Shown: in pieces, positions 40,316 to 48,508 of the stretch
Layout of the letters: each line of letters opens with the position of its first letter
Position numbering within the stretch: the first letter of the stretch is position 1
Source of the DNA: a virus
Lineage: Duplodnaviria > Caudoviricetes
DNA: 64,000 nucleotides
Direction: 5' to 3' (one strand)
Virus record (IMG/VR): IMGVR_UViG_3300035208_001807
Coordinates: 32,001 to 96,000 of that record
Notes under the pieces: generated by a model
What the model was told of the DNA's origin: nothing
Databases searched by the model: none
The model's input: only the letters and a program-made list of their open reading frames with translations
Translations under genes and position numbers: made by a program

Positions 40316-40606
40316 ATGAGTCGACAGAAACATTGGCAGCGTGAAACGTTCTATCGAGAGGTCTTTGTAAGAGACCAGTGCTGCCGTTTCTGTGGCGATA
40401 AGAAGGGTCCTTTCAATGCCCACCATATTACTAGCCGAGACTTGATGCCTAATGGTGGATATGTAAAGGAGAATGGTATCACTCTTTGTGAGCCGTGTCA
40501 TTTGATTGTTGAGAAGGCGGGGCCGGAGCAGCCTAACATCTTGTATGGCTTGATAGGCTCTAGTTACAAGAAAGCCTTAGCAGAATCAGAGAAGTTAAGT
40601 AAATAG
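40316..40606 (+). CDS. Small HNH endonuclease
   Basis: RDQCCRFC...AHHI...NGITLCEPCH. Confidence 0.85.
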   Translation: MSRQKHWQRETFYREVFVRDQCCRFCGDKKGPFNAHHITSRDLMPNGGYVKENGITLCEPCHLIVEKAGPEQPNILYGLIGSSYKKALAESEKLSK

Positions 40607-40695
40607 CCCGAGTCGACTAATCGGCAGGTCAACTAGCGTTAGACAGTTGGTCCATCGTATAGTGGATGGGGGTTCGAATCCCTCCTTGGGCACCA
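40606..40695 (+). tRNA. Leu-like tRNA with aberrant anticodon arm
   Basis: GCCCGAG/CTTGGGC, long variable arm, canonical T-arm; expanded anticodon loop. Confidence 0.5.
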
Positions 40696-40899
40696 GTTGA
40701 GGTAGGACCTAATGGCACCTAAAGTTAAGAGATCTGCTTACATCCGAATAGTATTTACCAAGAAGCTTCTTAAGGAATGTGGCCTTAAGAGTTTCGCCGA
40801 GTTCAAGCGTGCTGTTCGAAGGCGGGGCTATACTAGTATCACTGCTTTTCTTGATGATGCTATAGACGCACTAATCAAGAAGCTTGAGGCTAAGAAGCG

Positions 40900-40982
40900 C
40901 CGCCTGTAGCCGAGGGAGTTTCCTAAACTCCTATCCGTAAGTGGAGCTGAGAATAAAGGTTCGAGTCCTTTCAGGCGGACCA
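40900..40982 (+). tRNA. tRNA-Arg (CCT) with truncated D-arm and extended variable region
   Basis: CCGCCTG/CAGGCGG, GGAGT-TT-CCT-AA-ACTCC. Confidence 0.7.
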
Positions 40983-41277
40983 TTTGAGGAGCTAAGATGT
41001 ATCCGATGTTCATTCCGATCTTTCTACCAGCACCTGCTGCACCAGTAACTGCAGCATCTTCAGCTGCTGCTGTAGCTGAGGCAGCCTCTGTTAAGGCAGC
41101 CGCTGTTACTGCTGGACTGGCTGCTCTTGGTATTCTAGTAGCTGTTGGTGGTATAGTTCTCGTTGATGAAGCTATGAAGCGTCATACCCCAGAGAAGCGT
41201 GGTCTCTTTCAAGAGATTAGCGCTATCTGGAATGTAATTGGTACTGTCAGAGCTGAAGCGAAGGCTAAGAAGTAATT

Positions 41278-41364
41278 GCGAGTATGGCGAAATGGCAGAC
41301 GCAACTGGCTTAGGACCAGTCGTCCGTAAGGGCATGATGGGTTCGACTCCCTCTACTCGCACCA
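41278..41364 (+). tRNA. tRNA-Leu (TAG)
   Basis: ACTGG-CT-TAG-GA-CCAGT, long variable arm. Confidence 0.92.
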
Positions 41365-41528
41365 ATAAGGAAGTACTAAATGGATATTGTACTGATAGCT
41401 TTGCCATGGGTCATTGGTGGCATATGGGGTGTGTATTGTGCCCATAAGCGCTATGGACTTCTAGTTCTACTTGTGGGCTGTGTTGCTGGTGGTGTAGCAG
41501 TAGGACTACTTAAGATATTTATCCGTTC

Positions 41529-41602
41529 GCTCCTATAGTGTAGTGGTAGCCCGCCTCCATGGTAAGGAGGAAGCTCCAGTTCAATTCTGGGTGGGAGCTC
41601 CA
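41529..41602 (+). tRNA. tRNA-Thr (GGT)
   Basis: CCTCC-AT-GGT-AA-GGAGG. Confidence 0.88.
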
Positions 41603-41617
41603 GTCGAGGAGAAGTAG

Positions 41618-41890
41618 ATGCCGTATATCAAGCCGGACGAACGCAAGAAGTTTCAGGTGATCGAGTTCGCTGTCGCGGACCTGATTACTGAACGAACTCC
41701 TCTGACTGCAGGTGATCTTAACTATCTGCTCACCCGAATTCTACATGCTCACCTTTATGCTAAGGGTGTTAGCTATACTACAATGAATGAGATCCTTGGG
41801 GTCTTGGAGGCTGCAAAGCTGGAGTTTAATCGTAGGATTGTAGCCCCCTACGAAGATGAGAAGATCAAGCAGAATGGTGATGTTGATTAA
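41618..41890 (+). CDS. Conserved phage hypothetical protein
   Basis: MPYIK...GDLNY...KLEFNRR...PYEDEKI..NGDV. Confidence 0.7.
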   Translation: MPYIKPDERKKFQVIEFAVADLITERTPLTAGDLNYLLTRILHAHLYAKGVSYTTMNEILGVLEAAKLEFNRRIVAPYEDEKIKQNGDVD

Positions 41891-42588
41891 TCCCTTGAGG
41901 TAATAAGTAATGCCCCGCCTTCATTCCCCTCGATGGAATTCTAGTATCTCTGAAGAGTACGTTCTTCATGTTGCCTCTATTGGTGAAGAGGTTAGTGTTG
42001 TAGTTGAGATTGACTATGATACTGTGGTCGATCGAAACTATGGTGCTGACCGCGATGGCCGACGTGGTGAGCGTACGCCCTTTCTTAATGATATGGCAAT
42101 CACCAATAAGGATGAAGTAGTAGCAGAGGTAGAGACTCAGTTAGACTTTGCTCTTACTGAAGAGCAGAAGACTGATCTCTTCAATGCTATTGAGAAGCAG
42201 TTTGAAGAACACGGTGACTGGGCTTCGGAGCCTGAACCTCCAAGTGGACCAGACCGATCTGATGAAGTAGATTAAGGAGCTGTAATGATGAATGGTCTTC
42301 TGGGTTTCAACTTGCTGATCATGATGTCAACTGCTAGCCGTCAGCATGGTGGCTTTGAGTTTGCTCTCTTCCCTGAATGGAAGGGTGTGAACCAGCGTGG
42401 GCGTACAATGGATTCCCTGCGTCGGTATCCTATCTGGCATTGGCTGATCTTTGACTTCATCTTTATCTATCCCTGGGCTCCTATGTCTAACCCTCAGAAC
42501 CACATGGATGGGCTTGAGGGAATGGACGAGCAAGGCGGAGGGCTTCCTCCTATGCTGAAGGAGATGTTGCTTCGTAAGATGGCCGAGC

Positions 42589-43164
42589 GTGGCACAGATA
42601 GTCCTGCTCCTGAAAAGAAGGAGGAACCTAAAGATGCCGTCAGTGACAAGAAGCCGGAAGCTGTCAAGGAAAAGCGTACCCGCAGACCTGACTAAGTTTC
42701 CAGACAAGGTCTATGTCTATCTGTCGGGGCCCCTTACTGCCGGGGATCTAATGGTCAACACATCTAAGGCCATCGAGATAGCTGATATCTTGATGAGCTT
42801 TGGGTTTATTGTATTCAACCCACACCTTAGTGTCTTAGGGAACATTGCCAAGCCTCGTAGCTATGAGAGCTGGATGACCCAAGACCTGGCCTGGGTTGAG
42901 CGTTGTGACTTCATCTTCCGTATGGACGGGAAGTCTCCTGGTGGAGATCGGGAAGTAGAGCATGGCAAGAAGCGCGGCATTCCCACCTTCTTTGATAAGC
43001 TTACCCCTGAAGCTGTATGCTGGAACCCTTCTACCTATAAGTGGGAACTAGCTAAGCAGCTACACTACTTTGTGAAGAGGCACTTGTGCTCAAAGTCATC
43101 AAGCAGGATATCCTCAAGATCAAAGAGGGTATTATCTGTCATCAGGTCAACTGCCAGGGCGTAA
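42589..43164 (+). CDS. Nucleoside 2-deoxyribosyltransferase-like (DUF4406-type) protein
   Basis: VYLSGP, FNPH, DL.WV.RCD and SPGG..E motifs; start uncertain. Confidence 0.65.
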   Translation: MAQIVLLLKRRRNLKMPSVTRSRKLSRKSVPADLTKFPDKVYVYLSGPLTAGDLMVNTSKAIEIADILMSFGFIVFNPHLSVLGNIAKPRSYESWMTQDLAWVERCDFIFRMDGKSPGGDREVEHGKKRGIPTFFDKLTPEAVCWNPSTYKWELAKQLHYFVKRHLCSKSSSRISSRSKRVLSVIRSTARA

Positions 43165-43544
43165 TGGGCTCGGGTATTGCTAAGGCTATCCGAGACAAGT
43201 GGCCTCATGTTTACTCTGAGTATCAGAGATACTGTAGTGCCATGACTCCTCAGACCTTACTAGGAACTGCTCAGCTTACGCATGGAGCAGCAGGCATAAT
43301 GGTAGCCAATGTATTTGGTCAGCTACACTATGGTAGGCGCCGCGAGATATATACAGACTATGAGGCTGTAGATAAGGCCTTCGCTCGTGTGGCCCATTCG
43401 GCCAAGGATCTGATGGTACCTGTGCCATATCAGATCTACGTGCCTTATAATATGGGATGTGGCCTAGGCGGTGGTGACTGGACTAAGTACTCTGCCATCA
43501 TTCGGAAGCATGTTCCTAATGCTATCGTGTGTCAGTTAGAGTAG
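43086..43544 (+). CDS. Macro-domain protein
   Basis: ICHQVNC.GVMGSGIA and MGCGLGGGDW motifs. Confidence 0.88.
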   Translation: MLKVIKQDILKIKEGIICHQVNCQGVMGSGIAKAIRDKWPHVYSEYQRYCSAMTPQTLLGTAQLTHGAAGIMVANVFGQLHYGRRREIYTDYEAVDKAFARVAHSAKDLMVPVPYQIYVPYNMGCGLGGGDWTKYSAIIRKHVPNAIVCQLE

Positions 43545-44834
43545 GAGAGAATCATGGATCTGAAGAAGTTAAGTGACAACACTAATCGGTTCAACAGTTT
43601 TGTTGACCGCTTTACAGATAGTGAGAACCTTGCCTACTCTGCTATGATGGTAGCAGCTAGTAAGGCTTTTGATAGGACTATGTCCGCTAGCCTTATAGTC
43701 CTTGCTCTTACTGTTGTCTATCTGTATATGACTGGTGCTCATAATCTTATGGTAGCCGGTGGTCTTGTAGGTGGGTGCCTTACGCTCCTAGCTTCTAATG
43801 TGCTATCCTATTTCAACTATAAGGAAGCGCATAAGGAGTTTAGGTTCCACCTTTATGATGATGTAACTCGTCATCTCCGTGCAGTTCATCAGGAGCTGGA
43901 GCGGGTAAAGGCAGAGAAAACAGCAGAGCTGATTGCAGAGACACTTTCAGATGAGTCTTTGAAGAAGCTCATAAGCCTTGTAGATGGGTCTTGTGCCGGC
44001 CAGTGCGGGCATAAACACGAGAGAGGTTAGTAATGAAATTCATAGCTAAGAAGGTTGTTCAGCAGATCAAGCTCTATGAGATTGAAGCTACAGATCTCAA
44101 GGCAGCTCAGGCTGCAATTGATAACAATGACTTTAAGAAGAACCCTGAATTCATCGGCAGCATCTCTATGGAGACTGTCCGGGATAAATGGCTCAGTGTT
44201 GAGCCTGTTACTACGGAGCCACAAGGTGAAGAAAGACCTAAAGTCTAAGCAGAAGTTCACGATCAAACCTCAGGATAGAAAGAGGCGCGTGTGGCAGATC
44301 AACCCGATAACACGGGTGGTAGTCCACGGTCGCAGGAGCAAGTTGGACAAGATCAGGGAGCAAGAGAGCAGGCAGGTAGACGAGTAGGTGTATCAGATGA
44401 TTACCTACATAAGTTTATCTGGCCCTTGGCCCCCTGGAAGAACACAAGACTAGTTGTAGTACCGCTCAATTACTTAAGGAAGTTCACTTCCAAACCTCCT
44501 GGCCCGTGGCACAATCATCTGTATAGTGTAGCGAAAGCAGAGATGAAGCGCCGAGCGTTCATAACCTCGTCGGACTTCATCCACTTTACTGAGCATGCCT
44601 ATGAGCGATTCACCCAGTTCTTCCCCGGACTTGTGAAGCGTGTTCAGATAGTATCTCATCAGGTCTTTGGTGTTGGTGTCACTACTGTCATGAAGGCTCT
44701 GTTTAGGAAGGCTCTCGATACAGGGAGGACTACTCAAGCTCAGGGGAATGACGGACGCAACTATCATGTTGTGTATAGAAACTTTAGGTGGACGTATGGC
44801 CTCTACAAGTCGGGTAAAGAACAGGAGTTCAAAG

Positions 44835-45296
44835 TTATCTCGGTCTTCCCGACGGCGAAGAGGTATCGTCGTAAGCAGAAAGGGAAGCCAGCTGGTCAAG
44901 GCGGGAATGAGTCCGTTTCACCCTCTGGTTCTCCCAACCGCGGCTAACCTTGCTTCTGAATTCAGACTGAGTCCAAAGGGCTTTCATTTTCTGGCCAAGA
45001 CTAGTCCGATCACGCAGGGCGTTGCAAAGAAGCATCCTTTGCTTGCTATCCATCTTCTCCAGCTCTCTCTTAAGGAGGCGAAGGAGATTACGAGTAGGAC
45101 CACGGCCCAGGAGATCGACCTCAGGTATAAGGCCTTTAGATACCAGGCTATCTATCCACAGACCTAGCTTCTTATTCCTCAACTGTTTCCGGTCCCATAC
45201 AAGGCGCCGGGAATATTTGATTGGATGCTTTGAGAAGCCAATGTACATGGCTTCGTGGGTGGTAGGATCCCTTAAAATATAAGGTCTTTTGGTCAC
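44835..45296 (-). CDS. GIY-YIG-like nuclease domain protein
   Basis: YILRDP...MYIGFS N-terminus; start uncertain. Confidence 0.55.
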   Translation of the reverse strand: MTKRPYILRDPTTHEAMYIGFSKHPIKYSRRLVWDRKQLRNKKLGLWIDSLVSKGLIPEVDLLGRGPTRNLLRLLKRELEKMDSKQRMLLCNALRDRTSLGQKMKALWTQSEFRSKVSRGWENQRVKRTHSRLDQLASLSAYDDTSSPSGRPR

Positions 45297-45352
45297 TTTT
45301 GGGGCCTCTAGGTAGAGATAGTACCACTACCTAAGAAATAGTTCAAGAGTCC

Positions 45353-45381
45353 TTGACATAGATGTTCTAGGATGGTAACAT
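45353..45381 (+). promoter_or_regulatory. Sigma70-like promoter of the Y-RNA array and Ro60 operon
   Basis: TTGACA-N17-TAACAT. Confidence 0.7.
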
Positions 45382-45388
45382 CCTGATG

Positions 45389-45551
45389 CTAGGTAGTGAG
45401 AAGAGAGTTACTTCTACATGACAAACTCGTTGGCGGTAGGTAGCCCTCTTAGAGGGTAGGGAATCCGCTGGGCGATGAGCCCAAAGACCTAAGTAGCAAT
45501 ACTTAGGGAGCCTTGGTAACACTTGGCAAATCTCTCTTCAGTTTCTCCTAG
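45389..45551 (+). ncRNA. Y-RNA-like unit 1
   Basis: CTAGG-TAGTGA-GAAGAGAG-TTACTTC...CTCTTC-AGTTTCT-CCTAG. Confidence 0.7.
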
Positions 45552-45561
45552 TATATATGAT

Positions 45562-45644
45562 CCGGGTAGTGAGGAGTGAGCTACTTCCTGTTAAGAAGAG
45601 GGTCCGGCTCTGCCGGCCCTTTGCTCTCTCTAGTTTTCTCCCGG
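45562..45644 (+). ncRNA. Y-RNA-like unit 2
   Basis: CCGGG-TAGTGA...CTACTTC...TTTTCT-CCCGG. Confidence 0.7.
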
Positions 45645-45657
45645 TATTAAGGTAGTT

Positions 45658-45717
45658 CAGGGTAGTGAGATTGGGAATCCTTCATAAGCGAATAAGGCCC
45701 GGTCAATTTACTCCCTG
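45658..45717 (+). ncRNA. Y-RNA-like unit 3 (minimal)
   Basis: CAGGG-TAGTGA-GATTGGG..CCTTC...CCCGGTC-AATTTACT-CCCTG. Confidence 0.65.
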
Positions 45718-45730
45718 TTTTTAGGTAGTA

Positions 45731-45928
45731 CTGAGTAGTGAGGAAGCGGTTACTTCTATTATAGAAGATCGTGGGGTAGCGACCACGACGCCTCTCAGAG
45801 GCAAAGCATAGTCGGGCAACCGACGGATGTGTGGAGCAGTTGGAACAAACGGCATCAATCCAAAGATTGAGATTGCCGTCTAAGATTCCAGCAAGTAGCC
45901 ACAAGAACCGACTCCGATTTTCTCTCAG
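45731..45928 (+). ncRNA. Y-RNA-like unit 4
   Basis: CTGAG-TAGTGA...TTACTTC...GATTTTCT-CTCAG. Confidence 0.7.
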
Positions 45929-45939
45929 GTAGTTTTTAC

Positions 45940-46136
45940 GCCGAGCAGTGAGAGCGGACATACTTCCTATCCTTGAATAGGGGTACCTTCCCGAGTGGGC
46001 GGGGCCTATTCGCAGGGTGGTTCTCCAGCATAAGACTCGTAACAGAGACGAGTGAAGGTGCTGGGCTAAAGAGCCTCCCGATTCCTGGGATTCGGATCAG
46101 ACTCAGGACTCTAAAGTCCTCTTAGTTTCTCTCGGC
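45940..46136 (+). ncRNA. Y-RNA-like unit 5
   Basis: GCCGAG-CAGTGA...ATACTTC...AGTTTCT-CTCGGC. Confidence 0.7.
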
Positions 46137-46139
46137 ATT

Positions 46140-46280
46140 TGGGGTAGTGAATTCGGAGTTACTTCATGCTAGAGGTCGTGGGTTCGAATCCCACTTATCG
46201 GACGCGCTCCGGTAATAGCTTAGTTGGTAGAGCACAAGCCTTCACCGCAAGGTGAGCAACTCTGGGTGACTTTCTCCCCA
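46140..46280 (+). ncRNA. Y-RNA-like unit 6, a YrlA-type permuted tRNA mimic
   Basis: Same closing stem; T-arm GTGGGTTCGAATCCCAC, then closed acceptor-like hairpin, then D-arm TAGCTTAGTTGGTAGAGCA. Confidence 0.85.
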
Positions 46281-46294
46281 TTTATTAGGGTAGT

Positions 46295-46417
46295 TACCAG
46301 GTAGTGAGAGTGGTATTCCTTCTGGTTTAATTGCTGGCCTTCGGGCTAGCAAGAGTGGGTTCTAATCCCACACCTCTATGCAAGTAGAGTTTAGGACCGC
46401 TCGATTTTCTCCTGGTA
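46295..46417 (+). ncRNA. Y-RNA-like unit 7
   Basis: TACCAGG-TAGTGA...CCTTC...GATTTTCT-CCTGGTA; internal T-arm-like GTGGGTTCTAATCCCAC. Confidence 0.7.
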
Positions 46418-46429
46418 TTTGAGGTAGCT

Positions 46430-46504
46430 GGGTCCGCGGTCAGCCGGGAACTGACACACTGCTAAATCGGTGAGAGGTGAGTTCGAGTCTCATAGGATCC
46501 ACCA
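46430..46504 (+). tRNA. tRNA-like gene with non-canonical anticodon loop
   Basis: GGGTCC/GGATCC-ACCA, T-arm GTGAG-TTCGAGT-CTCAT, 6-nt loop CTAAAT. Confidence 0.5.
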
Positions 46505-46548
46505 GTAAATGATATGGAATTCTAATCTTTGTTCCTGGAGGGACAACA

Positions 46549-48081
46549 GTGTCTAAGTTCAATTCGACTAAGAAGCCTGCAGTCCAGCGCACTATCGTGA
46601 ACCTCGCTGGAGGTTCAGCCTACTCAGAAACGGATAAGCTTCACCTTGCCTCTATCCTTCTGACCTCGTTTATGGGCGACCAGTACTACAGCTCAGCGGA
46701 CGAGACTCGCAATCGTCTCATCGGTCTAATCCCTAAGGCTGGTCCTGAATTCGCAGCTAAGGCTGCTGTGTTTGCACGCCGCGAGTTCGGCCTTCGCTCT
46801 GTAACACACGTCGTCGCCGCTGAGATTGCCCGGCTTGTTAAGGGTGAGTCCTGGACTCGGGACTTCCTCCGCGCTGTAATCAGGCGTCCCGACGACATCC
46901 TTGAGATCCTCTCCTACTACATCGCCATCCACAAGAAACCCATCCCTAACTGCATGAAGAAGGGACTAGGTTCAGCTCTGTCCTCACTTAACGAGTACAG
47001 CCTCGCTAAGTACAAGTCAGGTGCCAAGGAGTTATCAATGGTGGATGCAGTGAATCTGCTCCATCCGAAGCACACTCCGGGTATCGAGAAGCTTATCAAG
47101 GGCACCCTGCCTGCTGCTGAGACTTGGGAAACCAAGTTGACTCAGGCTGGTCAGGCTGCTGAGACCGAGGATGATCTGGTTGGTCTAAAGGCTGATGCTT
47201 GGACCAAGCTGGTAACCGAAGGCAAGCTCAAGTACTTTGCCCTGCTACGCAACCTGCGTAACCTACGTGACAATGTCTCTCCGGAGACTTTGGACGTGGC
47301 CTTAGCCCAGCTACGTGTTGCGGAGAACATCAAGAAGTCTTTGGTGTTACCGTTCCGTTACATGACAGCACTGGCTCAGTTCTCCAAGGAGGACGAGCCC
47401 GAGAAGACTTCTGTGAACCAGAAGATCTCGAATGCCATCATGGATGCAGCTGAAATCGCCATGGATAACGTGCCCAAGTTCAAGGGACACACTGCTGTTG
47501 TGGTGGATGTCTCTGGCTCCATGGGTTGTAGTGGACGCGGTTGGGGTTCCACTCGTACCGAGTGGGGTGCCCCTATTGACAAGGCTGCTGTAATGGCAGC
47601 TGCTCTAGCCAAGGCTAGCGAAGAGGTTACAGTGATCCTCTTTGCCGACAATGCTCGGGTGCTTCCAATCACTCAGCGTGATTCACTGTTGTCGATCACG
47701 AAGAAGCTTCGTGATAACGGCGACGGCGGTGGCACTAATATGCCAGCAGTGTTCAATGTGTTGCCTGCTTGCGACAGGGTTGTAATCCTGTCAGATATGC
47801 AGACCTGGATGGATAATTCATTCAGTATATATAACCAGGCTACACGTACTGCAGCACAGGTCTTCAAGGAGTGGAAGAAGGCACATCCCGGTTCCAACCC
47901 GAAGTTCTTTACGTGGGATGTTCAGGGTTATGGTACTCTCCAGTTCCCTGAGAAGGATATCTACTGTCTCGCTGGCTTCAGCGACAGGCTGTTTGATATC
48001 TTCAAGATGCTGGAAGAGGATAAGGACGCCTTGATCCATCGGATCGAAGCAGTCTCTTTTACGGAGCCCATCAGCAAATAG
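46549..48081 (+). CDS. rsr: Ro60/Rsr TROVE-domain RNA-binding protein with vWA domain
   Basis: NLAGGSAY, TWET, ALLRNLRN, LPFRY, DVSGSM MIDAS, GGTN and LSDMQ motifs. Confidence 0.92.
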   Translation: MSKFNSTKKPAVQRTIVNLAGGSAYSETDKLHLASILLTSFMGDQYYSSADETRNRLIGLIPKAGPEFAAKAAVFARREFGLRSVTHVVAAEIARLVKGESWTRDFLRAVIRRPDDILEILSYYIAIHKKPIPNCMKKGLGSALSSLNEYSLAKYKSGAKELSMVDAVNLLHPKHTPGIEKLIKGTLPAAETWETKLTQAGQAAETEDDLVGLKADAWTKLVTEGKLKYFALLRNLRNLRDNVSPETLDVALAQLRVAENIKKSLVLPFRYMTALAQFSKEDEPEKTSVNQKISNAIMDAAEIAMDNVPKFKGHTAVVVDVSGSMGCSGRGWGSTRTEWGAPIDKAAVMAAALAKASEEVTVILFADNARVLPITQRDSLLSITKKLRDNGDGGGTNMPAVFNVLPACDRVVILSDMQTWMDNSFSIYNQATRTAAQVFKEWKKAHPGSNPKFFTWDVQGYGTLQFPEKDIYCLAGFSDRLFDIFKMLEEDKDALIHRIEAVSFTEPISK

Positions 48082-48096
48082 TAGGCTGATAGGACC

Positions 48097-48130
48097 AAGG
48101 GGTGGCCCCGCGTTAGGGGCTGCCCCTTTA
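48097..48130 (+). terminator. Intrinsic terminator
   Basis: AAGGGGTGGCCCC-loop-GGGGCTGCCCCTT. Confidence 0.6.
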
Positions 48131-48147
48131 ATGTTTAAGGAGCTATC

Positions 48148-48414
48148 ATGCGTAAGTACCTGTTCATGTTAATCTTCTTCTTCCTATGGCATCCCGCTGG
48201 TCATATACTACTAAGCTTTGACTCTACAAAGTTTAGCTGGGACACTGATGGCACTCGGCAAGGAAGCAGTATTATTTATGTAACTCGTAATAACAAGACG
48301 AATATAGGACAAGAAGATCTGTACGCCCAGTTCGATACTGCTGGCGGATGGGTTCTCTTCTGCGAAGACAAGATGACCATCCCCTATCTTAATTCCCCTC
48401 TCGTTGTACGATAA
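48148..48414 (+). CDS. 88-aa protein with hydrophobic N-terminus
   Basis: AAGGAG RBS; resembles 38061-38327. Confidence 0.65.
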   Translation: MRKYLFMLIFFFLWHPAGHILLSFDSTKFSWDTDGTRQGSSIIYVTRNNKTNIGQEDLYAQFDTAGGWVLFCEDKMTIPYLNSPLVVR

Positions 48415-48508
48415 AGATCTTGACAACCATATAGGGAATTTCCATACATAGGCATTTTTGGGGTTATCCCACTTGCCATATGCGTGGGTTTTTCTGTACA
48501 CTGAGGGC

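Noticed and set aside
45647-45961. 104-aa minus-strand ORF in the Y-RNA array
   Set aside because: No motif or RBS; the region is better explained by the repeated RNA scaffold.
45389-46417. CRISPR array
   Set aside because: The units conserve structure and short motifs rather than an identical repeat, their lengths vary from 60 to 198 nt, and no cas genes are present.
46430-46504. Amber suppressor or pyrrolysine tRNA implying recoding
   Set aside because: The CTAAAT loop is 6 nt and non-canonical, and TAG acts as a normal stop for many well-defined genes here.
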